Assembly: GCA_977862235.1 (NCBI GenBank)
Contig: OZ374563.1
Location: 1-64,000 of the forward strand
Reading direction: 5' to 3'
DNA from: Dudresnaya verticillata
Taxonomy: Eukaryota
DNA length: 64,000 bases
In this document: positions 35,362 through 48,100 of the stretch, in pieces
Numbering within the stretch: position 1 is the first letter of the stretch
Layout of the letters: each line of letters begins with the position of its first letter
Position numbers and translations under genes: made by a program
Notes under the pieces: model-generated
Database searches by the model: none
Seen by the model: only the letters and a program-made list of their open reading frames with translations
What the model was told of the DNA's origin: nothing

Positions 35362-38300
35362 TGTGATGGTTTGGATAGTTTCTTGTTGAACGAGGTACGG
35401 TACCTCTTTTTGAGAGGGCTTCTCTAGTCGACTGGCTTGGTTAAACAGTAACTCAATGAGTAAAACAAATTCAGCAGAAGTAAATTCGCCCTAGAGGTAT
35501 GTAAGGACTAAGCGTAACGTACATGGGATCGTGGGATAATACTGTAACCCAAGTGGAACAACAGATGCGAACCTACCAGTAATTCTATCCTGGTACACTC
35601 CCCCTCCTCAAAGAGCACGGAGGCTTCGTGTTTTCTGAGCTATCCTATGCGGAGTATCGTTGCGATTCAGAAGTCGAACCATCATCCACGGTACATCTTC
35701 GTAGACTTGACCTAATGATTCGAGTGTTTCTTCCGAAGTTGGTATTCCTATTCCTTTCCAGCCGACTAACACCATGATACCATCAATGGTATCCACTAGC
35801 TTCAGCAATCTGGCAGCGGGCATACCTGTTTCGGATCATGCTTATCGTTTGGTTAAGGTATGAATCTCGATAGAACTTCAGAAGTATTGCGTGTACCTCG
35901 TGGAGTTGACGATTAAGGAGATCCGTAACTTGGTAAACATAATCCCTTCTCGCCTTGACAGTCCTACGTGTTACAAACCATCGTAGGGCTAATGTTTCAC
36001 CAGCGAAGAACTATTCGTGAGCAACTAGCACATAGTCACCTTCGGTAAAGTTTGGAAGCTGGCCTTTGGAGGTAACCGCGTGTTGGATTTCACACATGGA
36101 TCTTACGGTATCTTGAACGATCGGACGCATCTCGGCTATAGGTTCTTGTAACGAAGCAGCATTGACCCGGGTATCTTGCTGTAACTCATTTCGTGATACC
36201 GGTTCCGTTGTTTCGGTTCAGAGGAAAGTACTGATTGATGCCGTCGGTTCGTTCCCGAGAAAGGCAGTAAGAGGCGTTCATTTTCCTCATTGTGGGCTAG
36301 GTGCATTATTGAGCACACTCTTAACCATTACTAGGAGGTCAGGCTATTCGGTGAAACTCATTTGGAGTTCAGAAATAGCGGATCGGAAGACTCTTAGAAG
36401 TTCCTTGCCTAGACGCTCGACTGCGCCATTACTGCACGGGATATATGGAAGCGTGAAGTGATGAGGAACATGAAGGCCTTTGGTAACCAACCTAACCGTT
36501 TCATTCTTGAGGTGAGTCGGTCCGTCTGACCATAACCTTGAGGTATACCGAATGAAGCGGACGAGTCAATGATAGCGATAGCAGCATTTTCCGCAGAGGT
36601 GTCCGAGAAGGCGAAGAACCATTTGTAGTCTAAATGGTCGTCTATAATGAGTATAAAGAACGTTTCGCCTGTATTTCTGGGACCCAAATCAATGTAGTCA
36701 AACTGTGATAAGTCATTCTCTGCTCTACCATGGACTGCTAGACCGAATGGGCCGGGTATCTTCCCCCTCCTACTATCGAAAGACAGTGAAATCACGTACG
36801 GACGAAGGTGCGGATGTCCGCGGTGAGCGTCGACCAAACGTAATGGTGGCGGAGAACCAAAATAGTAGAATCTCGGCCGCGGTGACTACTCGGTCCGGTG
36901 TGTGCGAGGATTGACAACCGAATCTGAAGGTCACTCGCAAACGCAGGGATCGAGATAGCCCCTTGAGGGTTGCGCCAAACTTCGTTAACCAAACGTAGAT
37001 TGTGAGGGTGTTCTTCCTCGAGCTTGTTCTGCGCGTCAACCACTTAGGTAACATTAGGACATTCAAAGTCGGTATTAAAGGAATACGTGAGCTCAGGGAT
37101 ATAAGCCAGCCTGCGAATGGTAACCGGAACGGACCAACGACCAGGAAGGTCAGCCCAGACGTTGTCAGGACCCTTAATGTGGAAACAAATATAGTTGTAA
37201 AAGCTTAAGCGCGCAGCCCAATGTAGAAATTTACGAGTGATAGTCTGAGATAGGTCGGGCGCTACCGAGAGGAGATCCAATAAGAAGATCGGATTTTATG
37301 TGATCAGTGTAAAGGTCGAAACCGTGTGAGGAAGCTGTGAGCCAGTGTGTACGCGTCAGTGAAGCCACAACCGCGTAGGCTTCTTTTTCCAGAGTGGACT
37401 AACCCATTTGGGTCTTGTTAAAGCGACCTGACAGGAATGTCAGAGGTTCATGGTTGCGTTCCACGGATGGTAGAGGAAGATTCGAGAGGCGAATCTGAGT
37501 GAGTGAACCAGACCATACAGTATCTGAAGCATCTGTATAAACGCAAAGGCGTTTGCTGTAGTGGCGATGAGCGAGGGTAACCTGGTGGACGAGAGCTGTC
37601 TTGCATCCTTCAAAGGTATCCGTAAGGTGGTTATTCAAGCCGAAGGTTGCAATGTGCAACCGTGCGACCGAATCTTTTGTTCGTTTACCAGTATGGTTGT
37701 AGGTTAACTCCATGAATTCATAAAGTGGTTGTGCCAGTTCAGTAAAATTAGGAATACCGTCCCGGACACACCGTAGAGCACAAAGGAACTGTTAAAGGTG
37801 TGCCCCGGTGGTAGAAAGGGCCATATGAAGGAAACCATTAAGGTGAGATGGGCCTTCCAATATGAATACCTGTGGGTGAAATGAGCCTGCCGCAGCAGCG
37901 AATAGTTGTGGCGAATAAAGTACACTTCGCAGGGTGCTATTTCAGATTGTACTGTGCGAAGAGACTGAAAAGATCCCTAATGGACTCGAATAAACCTGAA
38001 ACGGTGTCATCGTGGACGAGTACATCGTCGAACCAGCGGTGTATCTTGCTCCGCAACCTTGTAGGTACTATTGTAGCCAAGGAAGACTGTAAATGAGTCA
38101 CCGCGCTGGTACTACCATGTAGCGCGCGTGTGGTCGAGAATATTTCATCGGGATTGATAAAAGACTGCAGGGCTCGAGACTCGGGAGCCAATTCGAGTGG
38201 CCAATAGGCGTGCGAGAAATCGAAAGTCGCGTCTACCTTGGACGTGGTCAACTTTGTAAGTTTGTGTTCCAAGTTCGGCATCGGGTACTGATCTTCGATG

Positions 38301-40725
38301 GTGAACTTGTTCACTGTACGTAAGTCAACCGTAAAAATGTATCTCGCAGGACCAGGTTTGGGAACCGGTAGTGGTTCACATGAATAGGGTGATGTGGGGT
38401 TCGGATAGTTCAGACCATGGCGGACCAGCTAAGCCAAAAACGTTGCAAGGAAAGCATGTTTCTCCTGGGAGTAATTACTGACACGAACCTTGACAGGTCG
38501 AGCGTCAGACGAAAGCTCGCCTATGAGTGGAGCAACCTTGGCAGGCGGACCAGAAGATAATCCAATGCGGAAGATATTTTTGTGTTCGCCCACAGCTTGG
38601 TACAGTTTCTCTGCCGAATCGCGGGGTAGGCTTGCCTGAACAGCATATTGTTTTATAGCATCGATGGCAACCTGAATGCTGGCGTTTTGTTCGATGCCCA
38701 CGGGAGCAAGCCATGAGAGGTCAGGAAAAGGATCCTCCTCGTTCTTGGCTTGGCAATATTTGACGTGCGGGCATTACACGTGCGCATCATCGTGAGAATG
38801 TGTGGTGGTCGAAGGACCAGATTCAGTACCCCGATTGAGTCTCCATATCATCATTCTGTTCACTGCACCACTTCGGTTGTTCCTTGTTATATTTCCAACG
38901 CTGGAGCAATCTGTGCCGAAAAATGATGAACGGTTGATCTCCAATAAGGTCCTTGTGTCGACCTGTAGGTGCTGCAGTACCGGGAGACCGATCATTTAGT
39001 CCTCACAGGTAAGCTCATCATCAGCAACTAAGTAAGTTACGTTCGCGAGAGCAAACTATCCGGAATGCAGATGGAGAACTGTCCTTGGAGGTGTCCACCA
39101 TCGGGAGAACGAAAACTGCTGAGAGTCTTCACCAGCTCTGAGAGCAACTCTCAACCTAACAGGTTTGAAAGCATTCATCTTACCAACTCCTTGGTGTACT
39201 GCTCTTTCAGTAACCTTTCGTGATACCAGGTCGTCATCGTTACCGTCATCGGTACGACCCGAAGCGAGTATCGAGACAGTACCGTCCGATAAGGTTACCT
39301 TTCAGGATCGATTTTCAGGAGATTCTTGAACTGCAGGGAGTGACTTTTTGCTCTTGACAAGTCCCGTTGTTGGGGGTTTAGAACCCATTTTGGATGACTC
39401 TGTAGTAGCATTTGGATTCATAGCACCCCTTTGGCTACGAGTAGACCGTGATGGACCATCGCGCGCTTTTGCTGGCTTTGAGCTCGTCATATATCTTGGA
39501 ATTTTCCTCTGCGGTAGATTCTGAGCAGTATTTGATGAGGTTTCTAAGACCCTTCGAATAACAGGGACCAAAAGGGCAACGCGGTAGGCTGCGTTGAGTC
39601 CTTACACCTTTCGAGGTTGATTCCGTAGACTCTACCTCTGAGGTAGACGTACCAGAATTTTTACCTGATCGGTTCGGCTTATGAAAGTTTTGTTCCTTGG
39701 TCTTGTTCCTAGGACCTTGTTCAATCAGATGAAAATCATCGGAAACCTTTAAGGCATGCTTCATGAAACCTTTGAACGTCTTCTTCAGGTCATGGTTTGT
39801 AAAATTCAGGTCAGATTGTAACCTGTTTCGGAGACTTATTGGACGGATAGCCGACAATATGTGTGAAACGGCAGCCTTTTGGTTACTCTTAATGAGCGAA
39901 GTAGGACCATTGCAGCTTAAAATGCTATGGTAGGCAATGACCAGTTCCTCCATGCGGGACCGAACATTTTGTCACTCATGTCCATGCGGAGTTCACTCTA
40001 CAGTGTTGAGTCGATAGCCTCAAGAGTGACAGATTCTGGAGATTCTTTAGCCTTCTCATCCAGATATTTGCGAAGTAATGTATCGGTTAATTCCTCATAG
40101 ATATCAACTTCTTTGATAAAACCAAGAGCAATTGCTGAGTCGAGATATTCCGGGTCGACACAGAACTTTAAGTTCCCCGGTCGGACCAATTATGTCAAGG
40201 CAAAAACTGCTGTGGTAAACGGTTTAGAACGCTCTGTAACCTCGTTAGTGTAATGATCATAAAGTTTGAGAAACACCGTAATGGATTCGGCACCCGTTTT
40301 TTGGAGCCTAAGGTGGTCGACAGATGTTGCAACGAACGCGCCTTGTGTCTTGATTGCTGGGTCGGAAATACCTCGGAAGTACTAACATGGTATTTTGTTT
40401 TCCTTTTTCGTAGCCAGTATGTTTTGAAACAGATGAAAGGGACCGAACTCTCTGAAGATACCGATCAGTGATCACTGTGATGGTTCGGATAGTTTCTTGT
40501 TTGTGCACATTGTTGAACGATGTCCTCTGCCTCCTTTTCAGAGTGCTTCTTTACTCGACCGGATTGGTTAAATGGTAACTCAAGGAGAAAAGAAACTTCA
40601 GCAGAAGTAAACTGACCTCATAGGTATGTAAGTGCTAAGCGTAACCTACATGCGATCGCGGGATAATACTGTAACCCAAGCGGAATCAACAGAGGCGAAC
40701 CTACCAGGAAGTCTATCCTGGTACT
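35362..40725 (-). mobile_element. Full-length but decayed Gypsy (chromovirus-like) LTR retrotransposon
   Basis: LTRs 35362-35597 and 40476-40725; PPT at 35598-35609; order gag, protease, RT (FDFSHAYW, WFDD), RNase H (VYTDASD), integrase (FDYIDLG), chromodomain-like (VLVGWKG). Confidence 0.9.
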
Positions 40726-41104
40726 TCGTAACAGTACACAAGGTTTGTGTACTTGGCAGCTAAGGCGGAGGGTTCGGCTCTTCGCGACGGCTCCAGGGAG
40801 CCACCACGTGGCGAAGTGGACAGTGAGCCATCTACGAGAACACCAAATAAGCCCCTGGAGCTGATAATTTACGGTTGTTCACTCAGCATTTTCTAACCCC
40901 CGAGACTAGAGACCTTCTTTAAGTTCCCGCTCCTACTGTAGTAGCTATTTCTAACCAGGACATTTCCCTCCGCGCTTATTAAACCTAGCAAGCGCGGTGT
41001 TCACGAGCTTTCTAGGCCTCGCTCCACACCACAATCGACACGTGTACAGTAATGTTCACATTTCTGTACCTGCCATGCAGTGTGGTTACGGTGCCTGCGT
41101 TGAC

Positions 41105-44100
41105 ACTCCCCCCGTTCTGAACTTGAAGAGGTGTGGTCACTGTTAGGGAGAGTGGCGGATTACCCACTGTTCAACCTCATGCTCCGCCACGCCGTTGACA
41201 ATGATCCCGTCCGAGACCGGATGGTCCTTGACTTTTGTGAGGGCGTCCGCGGGCTTCTTATCTGCCCGCACCCATCCAACATCACTGATTTCCATCCTTT
41301 GGTACGCCTCGCGAAGTGTCTGCTCGTTGATCATTAGCCTTTTTCTGTCGCAGTCGTGGTATTTGTAATTGAATCAAAGAGAAACTTGGTGTCGGTGAGC
41401 GTTGCCATAGATAGCTTTCGATCGAGCACGCGTTCCAAATCCAACCTCAATGTAAAGGCAATATCGAATCCGTCATCGAATGCATGTTTTCCCGCCCATG
41501 ACGGAACGCACGGTGCGATGGCCTTTTGCGATGCTGTAGTACAGCACGTTGCACCAGTTCTGTGCAACACAAAGAAGGACTAAGTGGCCAAGCTAGTTTG
41601 TTAGGTCCTCGTTGTTTGCGAAGGAGCCATCAGCGTAAACACGGAGATGAAGGGTGGCAAGATCAAGCTTTTCCTGGCGCAGGCCCGTGCGCGGGGTAGC
41701 TCGGACGCGTCTGACGATCTTGTTAAAATACTTGACGTGCTGCGCGGAAAACTACGCTTCCGTAACTTTAGCGCAGCGGTTTGTGGTGCAAGCGATATCG
41801 GGCCGTGTGTGTACTCACCGCTGTAGATTCATGCGCGCTAGGCGGAAGTTGGAAAACGTGCAATATAGCGGGATTAGTGGGATGGAGGTTTCATATATGA
41901 AACCTCCATCCCACTAATCCCAACGGCTTCCTCTTACATCAAGAGCGCTATAGCGCTCTTGATGTAAGAGGAAGCCATTGTCGAGAGTCCCGATCTCTAC
42001 GCCATCGAAGACAAAGTTGTCAAATTCCCGTGGTCGTGACTCTAACTTCGCTTGAGTCTTGTCGGTATCCTGTAGGAAATCAGCGTCACCACCATTCAAG
42101 CAATCGTCGGCGTAGAACTCTGTCATACCTTTGCGGTGACCAGCGACACATTTAAAGAAGAAACTGATGTCCAATACGGTGGGTGTCATCATAGGATCGT
42201 TGTTGAGGTGCTTGACCATCGTATTGTCCCAGTAGTCACCTGAATCTGGCAGACCATAAAGCGGCTTGAGTAAACGTAGAAGCTGCTCAGAAGAAAGCCG
42301 GAATTACTTCGCAGGGCGGACGTAAAACTCTCGCATTGGTTGGTCTGCTGATTGCAAATGTGCCCGCGTGACATCTTGGGACCATAGCCGAAAACCAAAA
42401 ATGGTAGCGAGGGCGGTCAGAGTCCGACCGGAATATTGCCTGAAGTTCGTGCTAGTGTGAACTAGCAGGTTCCGTTCTTGATCCGTATGGACCTGCTACG
42501 TAGCGTGCTTTGAATATTTTGTCTCCTGTGCCTTTTTCTTAATGGAAAGTGCGAACCGACCCCAGAGAATATTTGCGCCAGAAGGGACATCTTCTTTCAA
42601 AACGACGTCAAAGGTTCCCCTTTGCACCTTTGCACCAGGCCTTCATTTGCTATAGGTTTGGCAGCTTGGAAGGTGGGTGAATTGCTGCGTGGATATCGCA
42701 GCGGTAGGATCTCGGTCAAAAGATGGCAGGGTATTGGGGAGCGAAGCTAGGCAAAAGAGTTGTGGCTGTGGCTGAGTATACTGTAGCCGTCTGCTCACGG
42801 TCCAGTTTCCGATTAGGAATAAGATGGTCAATGCTGTACTGCGGCAGCCTCCCATTCCGGTCGCGGTCGATAAATGCTTGCTTGTCGGCGATCTTTTTCA
42901 CCAGAAAGGGTCCTTTCCATATTTTCTCTCCTTCTTTGTAAACAAATACAGAGTCCCCCGGATTAATGTGGTATCGTGTGGCGGGCGGCAGCTTTCCGCG
43001 CACGGTAGTCTGGAAGCGGACCTTGGAAACGATGCTTGCCGTTTACACGTGGACAAGCTCAAGAGGGATCATACGGTAGGTCTGGTTTGGGAATTCCGTC
43101 TTGAAGGGTGGGAATCGGGGAATGATGCCAAAAACAAGGAGGGAGGGTACGAGTCCGTCTGGTCCCATGGTGTCGTTCATTGACTTAACGGCCAACTTGA
43201 GGGCGAGGCCAGGAACGACTTTCGGGGTATCATGCCTGAGCTTAAGATAAATGCTCCGCAGAGCAGCATGATAACGCTCCCCTAGTCCGATTGCGTTGCG
43301 TGATTCGATGCCGGAGAGTTCCATCTTAATACCACTGGTTGCAGACAGTAATTTCCATTCATTGCTCTTGAAGATGCTTTATTGATCGACGCGGAAGGAG
43401 TCAGGGTAGTTGGGGTATATCGATGCCCAGAAATTGATGAATGCGTTCCAGAAATCGCCAGTTCTGCGACCATGAAGGAACATGGCTGAACTAAAACCTG
43501 TAGCGGTCTCGACGACATGCAGGGCTGGGTTACCCTCGAGCCACTGAAGGTCTAGTGCCAGCTGGTGAATAAACACGATGGTTTCCTTAGGAAGGGAGAC
43601 TCTGAAGCGATGAGGGCCCGGTGAATAGACCGTGTTGTGCAAGTGGCGCAGGCTTTCGATACATCTTCCAGCACCGAGAGGGTGTCCCCATTCACTGAGC
43701 AAGGATAATCGCGCTTCAGGAGGCTGTACAGCTTGTGCACGGAGGGGTGGTAGAAGTGAAGGTGTATTTTCTTTAGCTCGGAACGGGTGTACAGGAGGTG
43801 GTGGTAGCGCCACACTAAATACATGAGTCTATTCTTCCCATGGCCGGTGCCTCGACGCACGACCGGCATCTTCCGACCGAAGCGGTGGCTGTGGAGGAAG
43901 TTCTCGACATTGTCAGCAAAGAGTTGCTCCCGGTCTAGTACGTCCATTCCTACTAATAGCGGGGCATCTTCGGATACGATGTCAACGTCAATAGCGATGA
44001 AGGCTCCGTAGGGGGTTGGGGTGCGCATCTTGATGGAGCCTAGACTGGCGTGAAGACCGTCGCCGAACATGAAGGAGTTGGCGGAAGGCCGCAGGGAGTA

Positions 44101-44105
44101 CTTCA
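41105..44105 (-). mobile_element. Decayed Ty1/Copia pol, interrupted at 44105 by a Gypsy insertion; 3' LTR begins at 41105 and runs leftward
   Basis: Protease tail FMFGDG...PLLVGMD, integrase (HLHFYHPS, RVDQ, GLGERYH), RT (YADD), RNase H (PADALTK); Copia domain order; PPT CTCCCCCC at 41106. Confidence 0.88.
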
Positions 44106-45046
44106 TGTGGCATAGCTGTAAGACCAGCTGTGCCACGCACGCGCAGCTGTAAGAACAGCTGCGCCACGTGTGCACTGCTGTGCGCACGCTGTCAGCCGGT
44201 GGCGCCGAAGCCCTGCTGAACTGTAAGGAAGTGCGTAGTGGCGTGCGCAGCTGTAAGGCCAGCTGCGCCACGTGTGCACTGCTGTGCGCGCGCTGTCAGC
44301 CGGTGGCGCCGAAGCCCCGCTTAACTGTAAGGAAGTGCGCAGTGGCGCCCGCGTGCGCCCGCGTACACGTGGGACACTGAAACTCCCATGTAATTTCTAC
44401 GTTTATTGTTTTGTAGTGTACAGCACCGTCTAAGTGTAAGCGGCGGTCGAACGCCCTGCTGTCCTGCGCGCTGCACGCACGCACTCCGGCGCCGAGCCGT
44501 TGAGTGCGGGACACGTGCGCGCGCACTCCGGCGTCGAGCCTTTGAGTACATGTGGAGCGTTTCGCCCACGCGCGCCCCCGGGTTACCGTTACCCGTACCT
44601 GTCGACGCGTGTTGGGGCGCGCCGGCGCACCTCCCGGGTTGGTGCCGCCGCAGGCCCTGTAGTATATCTAGTAGTCGCCCCTCTGGGCTTCAGTAAACCA
44701 GGCAAGCCAGCCTACGCCAGGCTTGCCCTTTCTGCTTTGGGTTTCTTTCCCAGTCCTTCGCCCTACGGCTTCCCTCTTTCCCTGGCTGTCTAGGCTTTCC
44801 TTTTCCTTTCCCTACCGTCGGCTTCGTGCCGCCCCACGACGGGGACGCAGGGATCCGGCCGCTGCCGCCCGCGTACGGTACGCCCCGTGCGCGCTCAGGC
44901 TTCGACGCCGTTGATCCGCGACTGTCGACGGCGCGCGCGGCCGACACCACCGCTCTACCACCACAGCTACCACCCTTCGACGGGTCTGGGTGCGACTGAT
45001 CGACCAGCGCAGCTAGACGTCCGTTCGACCTGACGTCTATGCCACA
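44106..45046 (+). mobile_element. 5' LTR (941 bp) of the GC-rich Gypsy element, with an internal ~100-bp tandem duplication
   Basis: Perfect 10-bp terminal inverted repeat TGTGGCATAG...CTATGCCACA, followed by a PBS. Confidence 0.88.
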
Positions 45047-45047
45047 C

Positions 45048-45060
45048 TGGTCTCCCGACC
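45048..45060 (+). promoter_or_regulatory. Primer-binding site, probably tRNA-Tyr
   Basis: TGGTCTCCCGACC is complementary to ...GGTCGGGAGACCA; G72/A73 fits eukaryotic tRNA-Tyr. Confidence 0.55.
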
Positions 45061-45114
45061 TAGAAGTCGCAGAAGACCCTATCACCTCTCGCGTCGACGC
45101 GATCGAGGCCAAGA

Positions 45115-48100
45115 ATGCCGCCGCTACCTACTTCGACCGCTGCCGGTTCGGCAGACGCCGCGGCAGGTGAAGTTGGCGGTCGACGCACTTCCTTGCTGAG
45201 TAACGTCGGCGTCTCAGGAGCTCCCCTAGAGGAACCGCGCATCGAGCGCAGGGCGGCTATAGCCAAGGCCCTAGGAGGGACAACGGTCTCTGCGACCGAC
45301 CTCCAGTTACTCTACGAGGAGACGATGGACTCACTTTCGGAAGTGTACGACACCTTCATGGCCTCAGTCGCAGACGCGCGGGCACAAGGTCAACGTGACC
45401 TGGAGTCGCTTCGACGCGGAACTCTCGCCTCCGTCGAGGAAGGATTAACCCGAACTCAAGGGCTCCTCGACGAGCTACGCCAACGCGTTGAGTTGATTGA
45501 GCACGCACCGGCGTGGTATGACCGACGGGCGCCTAGCCCGTCGCCGGTGCGGAGCCGTCCTCCGCGATCGCCGTCTCAAGCGGATCCGGTTCGCGAACTG
45601 GCCAAAGCCCTCCTCGCTGAGCGTCGTGCTCAGCGAAACCCATTTTCTCCACCGGCCTCTCCGCCTAGGAGTGGGCAAGGGTCCCCTCGCCCTACAAGAG
45701 ATGACGACCCCTTCTACGGGGTCGACCCCAAGCTACTGCAACGCGCCCTCGACGAGCGCGGAGTTGGAGGGGCGTCTAGCCCCTCACCACACGAAGGTCC
45801 CGTGTCGGTCTACTGGCACTGGGGGCCATTGATGCCGGGCATCGAGCCACTGAGCACCTTGGTCCCCTAATTCCCAAAGGCGATCGACTACCGCTCCTAT
45901 CGTCTAGACTACATAAGACAGCGGGACAATCAGCAGCAAGTCTGCAATGGCAACACCGCCAAGATTGTCAGCCAAATGAAGGCTCTCATGCCGCGGCTAG
46001 ATCGCTACGACGGCATGGAGCCCATCCGCTTGCTTGGCGTGCTTAGAAAGCTACGCCAAGCCTTGAACGGCGTCGGCCTGTCGGAAGGCGCAGCGGCGCG
46101 AGTGGTGCCCTGGTTCCTAGACGGAACGGCATCCCAGGTGTATTCGAGTCACCTTTTCTAGGGGGTCCGGACGACTAGTCGCAGCACCCCCCGTGCTGGG
46201 CCTCCGTGGTCAATACCCTCGTCGAGAGGTTCGTCACCGACGACGTGATCGCCCACGTGCACGACTGACTGACCACCGCCCGGCAGCGGGACGCCGAGTC
46301 AGAACTCGAGTTCGCCTCTCGTCTAGAGGGCTACGCAGATGACTGTGCCGGCGTCTACTCCGACGAGAACCTGACGCACCAGTTCCTGCGTGGTCTGCTT
46401 CCGACCACCCGACCGGCAGTAGCGGAGAAGGTAAGGCAGATGCCGATGGTCGAGCAGACCAACTTCAGTACCGTTCGTCGGATCGCCCACAGTGAGGACA
46501 CAACCTACCGCACCCGCATGGCCAAGGCGTCGACGCCGGCCATCGTTTCGGGGCGCGGTAGGGGAAGCAGTTCGCCAAGCGGACGCACACTGCTTATCGA
46601 GGCGCCACACACACCCGATAGGGAAGCAGCCTTCGACGGCACGATGTTGGTGGCTCCCGATGACGATGGTTTCGAACCGGTCATGGTCGTGCCCGCTCTG
46701 TCGACAGCCGGGGCGGCGCAAGCCGAGGCGACCCTCGACATCTCAGGACGCATCAACGCCGTCCTGCAGAGGAGTATCCCGCCTCTCACACCGGCGCAAG
46801 AGGCAATGGCCCGCGGTGTCACCCCTGATCGACAGGGGTGGTACATCTGCTGGTTCTGTCGAGAACTTGGGCACATCATGTACTCGTGTCCATTCTTGAC
46901 TAAGGAACAGCAGTTGTACTGCGCGTACGCGAACTGCAACCATAGACTGGAGACGCAGCCGGACGCGCACAACAATTGCAGCATCTTATCGACGAGCGCA
47001 TGCCGGCCGGCGCCAAGGAAAGTTGCCCCGCCCGACGCTTCGACTCGCAGCGGGGTGGGGCCCAACGCTTCGACGCGAGGGATCCCCCGCAGCGCTTCGA
47101 CGCGCAAAGGTATCGCGGGGAGCCGCGACAGTACCGCGGGGATCGTCGAGATCCGCGCCGCGACTACCGAAGGGCAGACGTCCCGCGGTTCCTCACTCGC
47201 GACAAGCGGGTCGGGTTTGACGACCAAGCCGGTCGCCAACCTCGGGCGTCGACGCCCTCGAGGCCCAACCCGCAGCGCGAACTGCTTCGGGCAGTGATGA
47301 CCGTGCAGGAGCACACCGGGCTAGCAGCCGACGAGTGGCTCCCGCGAGCGCTCGACGCGCAGAGCAAGGGCGAGTCCGCCCGGGGGCAGGTTGAGCAGCC
47401 CCCGCTCCTTTTTGACACGCCGCCGCGATCGACGCGAGGAGCCGGCCCGGCCCCTAGCCAGCCAATGGGATCCGAGGAAGATAGCTCGGATTCCGAAAAT
47501 AATTTTGACCGGGTCGAACCGGAAAAAGAGTAAAGGCGGCGCCGTTCGTGCGGTCGCGCGCACCGTCTCTCTCTACCCCAGACCCACCATCCTCCGCCAA
47601 GCCGTCGACGACAGGCAGGACGTCGAGTCCGAACCAACGAAGGACCCCCTCAACAAGCAGCGCTGAGGGGCCCCTTTGCGACGAGCCGTCGAAAGCCACG
47701 CGCTCCAGGGCACCTTGGCCCCCGCGGCGTCGACGCAAGCGACAGGCTCGACGCCGATCGCATAGGGGTCCGTCGACAGATCCCGAGGCACCCTCCACTC
47801 GACGCGAAGGTTCCATGGCTCACTGCGTCGACGCGGAGCCGGCCACTACCCCAGACGGGTATGTGTGCCTCTTGTCCTCGGAGATATACCACGTTTCTGG
47901 GTCGCTAGGCGCTGACCCAGGGGTAATGATACCCCACACCATTGCGGTGGACACCGGCTCCGGGTACAACCTCATCGCGAAGCGGGCGCTGCCGCCCGGA
48001 TGGGATCAGCACGCGGCGGCGATGGAGTCGACTCCTCGCCTCGCCGGGGCTGATAAGACCCCACTGAGCCTATCAGGGGTAGCGCACCTCTCGATGAGGT